The notes below the pieces were generated by a model, which was not told the DNA's origin, did no database searches, and saw only the letters and a program-made list of their open reading frames with translations. DNA of 63,973 bases, filler included, from Intoshia linei (Eukaryota > Animalia > Orthonectida): the NCBI GenBank assembly GCA_001642005.1. It is 4 parts of 4 records of this genome, joined end to end, with 100 filler letters (N's around TTAATTAATTAA, not from the genome) between each part and the next. Parts side by side here need not be neighbours in the genome. Positions count along the whole stretch, not along the records: positions 49,179 to 63,973 come from LWCA01000940.1; 3 more parts are not named here. One strand, given 5' to 3'. Position 1 is the first letter of the stretch, and each line of letters opens with the position of its first letter. Made by a program: the position numbers and the translations under genes. Below are positions 55,648 to 63,973 of this stretch, in pieces.

Positions 55648-58600
55648 ATCTAGATAAAAAATATCAACTCACAAAACTATATATTAAATACGTCAAAAAT
55701 AACTTTTAACAGATTATTAACCAATATTTTTCAAAAAAATTGCATCTGAAAGTTGTAAATGTACATAACGTATAATACGACTGGTAGAGTATCTATTTAA
55801 GTTTAAGTTTAATTTACCAAGTTCTTTTTTACTAAATTTTTTATTTTATGTAATTATAGTTAGTCTAAAATTTAATTTTGTTTGAATTTGATTTATATAA
55901 ATTGATAGCCTAGTGAAATTGGTCGATCGGATGTATTGTAAATTACTGCATACTTTCCATCAGCTAAAAATAAGTTTAATTAATATTATAATATTAAATA
56001 TATTTTATTTTTTTTAGATGCTTTGAATACAATTTAAATAATTTAAATAACAAGAATTGGAGAAATTAAATCGTTAATAAAATCCAAAAAAATTGAGTCA
56101 GAAACAAATTTAAAAAAATAAACAGTATAACTAAACATGGAGAACAATATTAGAAATTCGGTACCACGTTTGAAAGCTCAAACGCTAATTCCCGTTAAAA
56201 TAAGTATATTATGGTCGATAAAAATCATACCATAAGAAAGTCAAATATATAAAGTAAAATAGGGAAGTGAAATCCAACGCATTACACATCCAACAGATTC
56301 CCTGGGCAATTTCGAAAATTTTGCAAGTACAAACTTTGAATTATTGCAAGTAACTTTTAAAATTTACTGGAATAGTGAAAATTAGAATAAAAATGTAGTT
56401 TGGATTAACTTAGATTCTAGAATACGATTACAATTGTAATTTTAAATAAAATTTCTTGAATCAAATGGTATGCAATTTTATTAATAAATGGTAGAAATTA
56501 ATAGATGTAACCTTCATAACACATAGTATATTTGAAATAAACTGAAAAATTATAATTAAGAGACACGAATTATCTTGTTTAAAATTTTCGCAATTATTAC
56601 ATTCAATATAACCCAAATATTTTATTTTTATATTCATATCGTTGAATTAATTATATAGTCAAGGCAATAAGTAAATAAGTAATATAAGTTAATTAACTAG
56701 TGAAATATGAATGTTTTTTAATATATATATAAAGATTTTTGATAATTAAAAACAGTTTTTCTGAAGGCCGCGTTAAGTCAACAGCTGGATCAGGATAGAT
56801 GAAAATTAACTGATAATTTTATTTTACTCTTCTACATGTATACTGCACACTAAAAAAAACTTATTGGATTGACTGCAATTATTCAATATTATATTTGACA
56901 AACTAAAACTTGTAGAATAATTATAGTACAAATTAAATTAACAATGCGTAGATTACTATATTATGTAAACATCATAATTATACATAATGCAGTTAGAATA
57001 AAGTTTAAATTAAAAAATTACTTTGAAAATTCAGTTTTATATAATAAAATTCAATTTAATTAAGCTTAATTATTTCAATATTCACATGATCGATTTAAAT
57101 TTTTTTCGCCATTTTTTATTAAAATTATATTAAAATTTTCTAAAAAATGATGATAAATATATCAATTATTTAATGTTGTTTATTGCGAGTTATTTTTGTT
57201 ATTTTTAACGAAATTAGAAGCAGTAGAGAAATTTCTTTCATTTTGTATTGATATAAGTTGAACGATCATAAGGGTTTCCTATAATTTTAACAATCTTGAT
57301 GATAGCGTACCAGTTCGTAATAACTCATAATATTTTTCAAAATAATATTAAAAAAAGAGGATAATTCCCTCAAGTGTTAGTAATTTGTGGTTTGATGAAG
57401 TGGATTTTTTTCATAAGATTTCGTAAAATCGGATTTTTGAAAAGAATATCGATGTAAGTCAATTTTTCCATGAGGGCGTGAAATAGTATTTTTGAAATGA
57501 TAATGACAATGACAAATGATTTTTTTGGCTAGTAACTATAAGTACATTGTTTTTAAGATTATAAACTTTGTATATAATTAATTTAAAAAATCCGTCTTAA
57601 AATTCAAAATTTAAGTTGCTGTTTGTACGAAGTACAATACAGTCAAGCTAGTATTTGAATAAATAGCCTTTGAAACTTAACATGAAATTATATATAGTTT
57701 TAATTTTCCATTAATTAGCAGAATTTGCGCTAAATATGAAACATTGTAAAATGTAATTAGTTTTTAAAAACGTATTAATATAATGTAAATATATTGACAG
57801 ATTAACATTCCTATATTTCAAATTTAACTTAATTTATTATATTAAACTTTTGACTATTAAAAATTATTGACACATTTTTAATATATTTGTTTTCAAACAT
57901 TTATCCAAGACAGTATTGTCAAATTATTAAAAATATTACAAATTATATGTAAAAAACTAAAAATTATATGTTTTAAAGATTATGAATATATAAATAAATT
58001 TTAATCTGTAAAAACATGTACTTTAACTAAATCCTCTATAAAAAACTTGTCTTCATACATTTAAAATTATAAACTACATAAAAACATTAAGATGCTAATA
58101 AGATTTTAATTGCTCCAAGAAACATAAATTACACGTATTTATTTGAATTTTGTCTACAAAATTAACACTTGGTTTTGTTTACTAAATAAAATTTAGTCAA
58201 ATTGAAGTAATACAATGTTTGATTATATATCACCATTTCGTGGTACCTAATGATCAGTTGGTTAAACAAAGTAGTACTAGAGATTCGCCATTTTTCATTT
58301 ATTTGATTAAGGATAAACTAGCTGCTATAATCTTAACAAAATTTTTACAATTCATTAGAATGAAAATTTTAAACTAAATTTTTTTATTATCATTTTAATA
58401 ATCGAATATTTAATATTTATCTCTGAATTTAACTTTAACATATTTTATATTAATTTTATATTTTTTTTATGATTTTATCATTTAATTGTATATTTTACTC
58501 AATACTCACTGACAAATGTACAATATTGTAAACAATGTACAAGTGAATTAAAATTAAATGTCAATATGTTATCAGTTTCATTACAACAAAATGATTGACG

Positions 58601-60441
58601 CGTTCAATTGTTATTAGAATTGAATATTCTCTTTAATATCCTTTTATGATATAGCTCAATTAACTATAATCTAGTCACATTAAATGTCTCAACAAATGAT
58701 TAGATCAAATTTATTTACGAAGGGCGTGTCGATATTTAATAATGAACAATACAATACATTTATACACACGAGATTAGTTTCTCAATAATTCATAGATATC
58801 TATTTGACTAGCATGTATCGATTACAAATTTACAATTGATCAATATAATAGAAGCATAATATATTAAACCTTAATTGACCATTTACAATTTTCATATTCA
58901 AAATCACTACAATTTGATTGAAATTTCTTTTAAAAAATCAAAATACTCAAAATATTCAAAACACACCGCAACTTTTCAGTTTTAATCAAAATTGGTAATT
59001 TTTAAATTTAAAAACACTTGTATTATAATGAAAACGCATAGCCATAAATGCATTAAAAGGTATTATAATCAGACAGGTGGACAATATGTGGACACAATAC
59101 ATAGTACATATCTTAATAATTAATCAAACTAAATACATTATTTGATGTTTACAATAATGCCTTCAATTTGAATATTTCATCAAGTTTTCTATACACTAAT
59201 TTTGTGATGGTAGATTTTAATTTGAAAAAAACTGAAAAATATTTTGTATTCCTTTAACGCAAGATTTAAAACTTGTTAGTTAAATACAGTGGTTGCCGAT
59301 TTTGAGGTTTTCCTGTAATTTCTATTTGTGCGGTACAAGGAGATACTGAAATTATTGTAAAATTAACAAATTAGTAAATAAAATAATATCATTTTTTCAA
59401 AATGAACATTTAAAATTATTACAATTAACTATTAATAATGCTATTTTTGAATGGTAATACGTAGATTTCTAAAGCTAAAAATTTTCTATATAAATCAACT
59501 GGAATAAGCTGCATCAGAATAATCACTTTTTTAAATTCTACGATCATTAATTATTTCCTATTTTTCATTTAAATTAAAAAATTTCCAAAAATATAAAAAT
59601 TGAAATTCGCTTTTTTGACTATGAAGGGGAAATTGTTTTAATATTGAATTTGTTTATACATGTTAAGTTAAAAAAGATGTATTAGAAGTGACTTTCTTTA
59701 AATTCTAGGTCAATTACTTTTTTTTATTATAAAAAAGAGGGTCATTTGGGATTTTACCGTGAAGAAGCCAATAAATTGTCTACATTTTCGTATATATTCT
59801 TGCCCCGTTACTATTAATATTAGTCTTTACTATATCCATTTTTAATTAAATTGGTGGTTATAATTATTAAATATTTAATTTTTGCATACAATGTGGTATA
59901 ATATAGTTTTTTTGTATATACAGTATATGTAATTATTGTATCTTAATTACCAAATTTTATTTTTTTTTAATTTCCATCAAATAATGAAAAATCAAATATA
60001 TTAGACATCTTGATGACATTGATTCATTGAAACATTCAGTAAAAAATCAATAAGCTTGTCAATAAAAATACATTTTCTGCACAGCATATTCTTTACAAAA
60101 AATTCTTGATTCTAATATTAAGTTGTTTTTCATCCACTTAATAAATTTATAGATCGAAAATTTAATGTTAAAATAATTTATAATGAAACAGTATATCCGA
60201 TTTTGCATGTTGCAAATCTTTTTATAAATTAGATTGTTGCATGTACTTTGTAGTTTCTCACAAACAGTAGATAGATCTGGAGAGGGCTGATGTTTCTAGA
60301 TATATTTTTTTAATTCAAACCAATTTAAAAATGATAATAATAAAGTTATATTACATTATATTTTAAACTAAATTTTACCGATAATTTTTTTCGTCATTGA
60401 ATTTATTATATGAACATTAACAAAATGTAGAGACTCTTTAG

Positions 60442-61380
60442 CAGTGGCGACTCTGAGGTCAAAACTTTACTCATGCCCAACACAGTACCATAGAAACAAA
60501 ACATATATAAACTTAATATCACTATTAATTATATTATCTATAACTATTATATATACATATATTCTAAACGTGGTTTAATGGCTAACTTATCAAGAATCTG
60601 AGAATGTAGTTATCCATTAATCTCCATTTCTTTTAACAATTCCTTTTCAATAGATATTAATTGTTGAGTCAACAAAAATCTAATTTCTTTATCAATTTTT
60701 GATTATAAATCTCTTGATAAAGATTAAATTTCATAGATTTAAAAATGACCAATAAGATAAAACATTAATTTTATTTTAATGCTGAAATTTATAGAAATTT
60801 AATGTATAAAGTCTTGTATAAAAATAATCGTGTCCGTTCAAATGATCGTAAATGAGTTTGTCAGTCATGCAACTGTTTGAATAATTTAACTTGAAATTTA
60901 AATTGAATAGATAAAACTAAGATACGTTATTTTAATCGTTTTAGTTTTTCTATTTATTTACTCATGCTTTTTGAATTAAGCATGAGAAGATAGTGCATTT
61001 TTCACTTATTTTATTCAATCTCAAAGCAACTATAATAAATGCACTACAAAAATTATAGCACTAAAACAGATAATTGAAAGTTTACACGAATTATTCATGT
61101 AATGAAAACATGACTTGGCATAATGCGATTTTCATTAACTAAGTTTTATATTTATTCTGCTAATTCAATTTAACATGAGTAGAATTAATAAATTTAAGAT
61201 TATATATAGAGATTTTCAATCTCTAATGCAACGTTTTCACGAATTGCGTTGGTATTGCAATCGATATTATTTATATTGTAACCGATCGCATTGAAGGCAA
61301 CATTTATCAAAATTTCTGTTTCCATAAAACTGACGTATAAATTGTTTTTTTAAACTTCTTGACTAGGCAAACATAACAGA
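60442..61380 (-). mobile_element. Degenerate hAT (ZMYM/Blackjack-like) transposase relic
   Basis: Terminus CAGTGGCGACTC. The minus strand reads LISIEKELLKEME...QILDKLAIKPRLEY and NAIRENVALEIE, with many stops. Confidence 0.5.
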
Positions 61381-62566
61381 CTCTAGAATCTAGACCCAGT
61401 ATTCTTAACCTTTTTAAACCATCTTAAGGTCAAGATTAATATTTAATTAAGATGAGATTAAGAAATTATAATTTTTTCAAGATTATTTCTATCCTAAAAA
61501 TTTATTACAGACTCTTTAATTATTAATTATAATTAAAATTATGCAAAAATTTTTCAATCTCGTTTTAAGCATTATAATAATTTATGATATAGTAAAGGTC
61601 CTATTTAACACAATTTTTGAAATTTAGAAAATTTTTTGCTTATTAAAATTGACTTTACATTTCCTAAAAATAATATTTTTATTTGACTTTGCAGAAATAT
61701 TTTTGCGCATTAAGTACTTTTCCATTCACGAGAAAAATTTCACAAATTTAATATACATATCAATTATCTATAAAATATCAATTTGCATATATTATTTGCA
61801 AAATTAAAAGATACTATATATTTGAATTACAATCGTTGAGAATAAGTTAATCAAAAAGCTACCGATTTGAAAATGGTATGATTTTGTAAATAACATGTAA
61901 ATAAGTATTGTCAATAACGTAATATGTAACAAAATTTGATTTTCAAAATCATAAAAAGACTTAATTATTTAGAGTTTAATCTAAAATATTTTTGTTTGGA
62001 ACGACAGGTATAATTGATTAATTGATATTTATTGCAGGAAAATTATACAACTGATGTATAATAAATTATTACATGATACATTGGTTCATTTTTGAGCAAT
62101 AAGTGATGATTTTAACGTGTTATTAAGTAATGCTCAAGTGATTCATGAAAAATAAGGCATTTTTATAATTTTTTTGTTCGATAATAACATAATAGTTATA
62201 AGCTTATATTATTTTATGGATGATTTAAAAACAGGTAAAATATCGAAATTAAGAAACTCTTTTAACTATATTTGCTAAATTGTATAAAATAAAGGTTCTC
62301 ATCCTTTTTGACGTAGGGCACATTTTATAATTTTAATATACCGTTTTGTGTGATGCAAATTTATCCTTTACTTACATATGTTTGTTACAGTTTAATTAAA
62401 AAATTAAGCGTCCTAGCATTTAAATCAACCGATTTTCTAATATAGGTTTTCAAAAGTCATGTTATATTATAAATTTCATTCTCAGAAGTTAAGTTGGATA
62501 TCGGGTTTTCCTATTAGTGACGCCTATTTTAGATTCGTGAAAAACGACTATTTTTGATATAAGTAA

Positions 62567-63330
62567 TCCTTACTTATATAATATGCTTCGTTGTCTGTGT
62601 GTAGTATCGTTTATTTCAATAACTACCATTCTTAAAATTTTATAAAGTCCACATTTCTATTACAGTTTTTCCGGGTGAAAGTAAGATAAATTTCAACCTC
62701 CCAAACTCACATCTTACGGGTCTAAAAGCATAATTATCCTTTTTTTCAAAATCGAACGAGTTCGAGAATTATATACAGTATATAATATAAGTCGTATAAA
62801 ATGTGTAAAACTGTAAAATGTACACATTTCATGGATAAATCGTAGTAAAGTGTAAAATTTTTGTTTATATTTTCATTTTGGGTTATATAAATGTTTTTTT
62901 AAACCAAACTTTAAGGGTGGTTTTTTTAGAAATTTTTTAAACCAAATTTGAAGGGGGCTTTTCGGAATTTTTTTTTGAACCAAACTATCAAAAGGGGCTT
63001 CATATAATTTTTTTTGAACCAAAATTTCAAGGTGGTTTTTAAGATTTTTTTAACCCAAACTTTAAAATTGTCTTTACGTTTGGTTCAAAAAAAAATAAGA
63101 AACCCCTCTATAAAGTTTGGTTGAAAAAAATTAAACTATAATTAAAATATAAATGAAAATTTTACACATTCTACGACTTATCCATGAAATGTAAACATTC
63201 TACGATTTACCAGTGGAATGTGTACATTTCACGGTTGTACACATACTATGCAACATATATATATTCCATAAAAAATTATGCCCTTTGATACGAATTTTAA
63301 AATCATAAATGTAAATTTAAAAAAAATTTT
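62567..63330 (+). mobile_element. Helitron-like family copy interrupted by a palindromic foldback MITE (~62770-63265)
   Basis: 5' A|TCCTTACTTATATAATATGCT. Homology to 13460-13680 resumes after the insert (GATACGAATTTTAAAATCATAAA). The insert has inverted arms and TTTTTT-AACCAAA-TTT-AAGGG units. Confidence 0.65.
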
Positions 63331-63524
63331 TACAAATTATAAAAATATGAACAATTTAACTTATTTTGAAAAATGGTTTTAAAACTTTTAGTTTATATTT
63401 TAAATTAATGACAAGTTAGAGAATTGGCAAGTTGTGGAAAGAATACTGTATTACCAACTTTAATGTGACATAACTAATTGGTATTACTATTATTATTATA
63501 GTATTTAGTTACTAACTATAACTA

Positions 63525-63973
63525 TTAAATCGTTTCATAAGTAATGTCGTTTTTTTAACAAAATTAAAAAGTTTATTTGATTACATTAAAAATAAAGTTA
63601 TATTATAAAATATTCAACATTGCTTTCCAGTCTTTTTCCAACGTTCCGGTAGTCTATTTATACTATTAGCATAAAAAATCGCTATATTGGACAAAAACTT
63701 TTCTATGTCCAATTTTAACCCTTCATTTGAAGTGTATTTTTTATCATAGTAATGGTTACTCAGCTTTAAATAGGTAATAATCAGATGGTGCTAAGTCTGG
63801 TAAATACGGTAGATGTGCTAATACTTCAAATTTTAACTCCTTTAGAAGCTGAGAGGTTTTTTTAGAAATGTGAGGTCTAGCATTGTCTTGTAGAATAATA
63901 TTGCCTTTACGAAACTTTTGTGGTCTTTTCAGGTAAATATTGTGATTTAATTTTTCTAATTGTTCACAGTATT
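63525..63973 (-). mobile_element. mariner (DD34D) transposon, 3' part, defective
   Basis: YCEQLEKL...LQDNARPH...HLPYLPDLAPSDYYLF (34 residues from D to D)...LPERW, with frameshifts. TIR TA|TTAAATCGTTTCATAAGTAATGTCG. Confidence 0.9.

Noticed and set aside
56018-56201. Alternative genetic code (TAA = Gln) suggested by in-frame TAA codons
   Set aside because: Intact genes in the window use CAA/CAG for Gln and end in TAA or TAG.

Overview
This is a very AT-rich eukaryotic (animal-like) genomic window with many short GT-AG introns, down to 33-50 nt. The architecture resembles a compact parasite genome such as the orthonectid Intoshia, but that is inference only. Three 100-bp scaffold gaps filled with N44-TTAATTAATTAA-N44 split it into four contigs. 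Five host genes can be traced exon by exon. (1) A giant secreted Cys-rich GCC2/GCC3 (ephrin-receptor-like) repeat protein: minus strand, about 40 exons, runs off the left edge. (2) DRC10/IQCD. (3) TSEN34, 5' partial. (4) Abi/Abl-interactor, 5' partial. (5) METTL17/Rsm22. The rest is transposon-derived: a non-autonomous Helitron-like family, many hAT MITEs with 8-bp TSDs (some nested three deep), Tc3-like, TRT/DD37E and mariner DD34D transposase remnants, foldback elements, a piggyBac MITE and a decayed Ty3/gypsy. The best leads are a 304-bp, ~99%-identical duplicated unit with spliced-leader (SL) RNA-like architecture, a METTL17 that has lost its glycine-rich SAM loop but kept Fe-S cysteines, a Helitron 3' hairpin present in both flip and flop orientation, and two convergent genes with only 30 bp between their stop codons.
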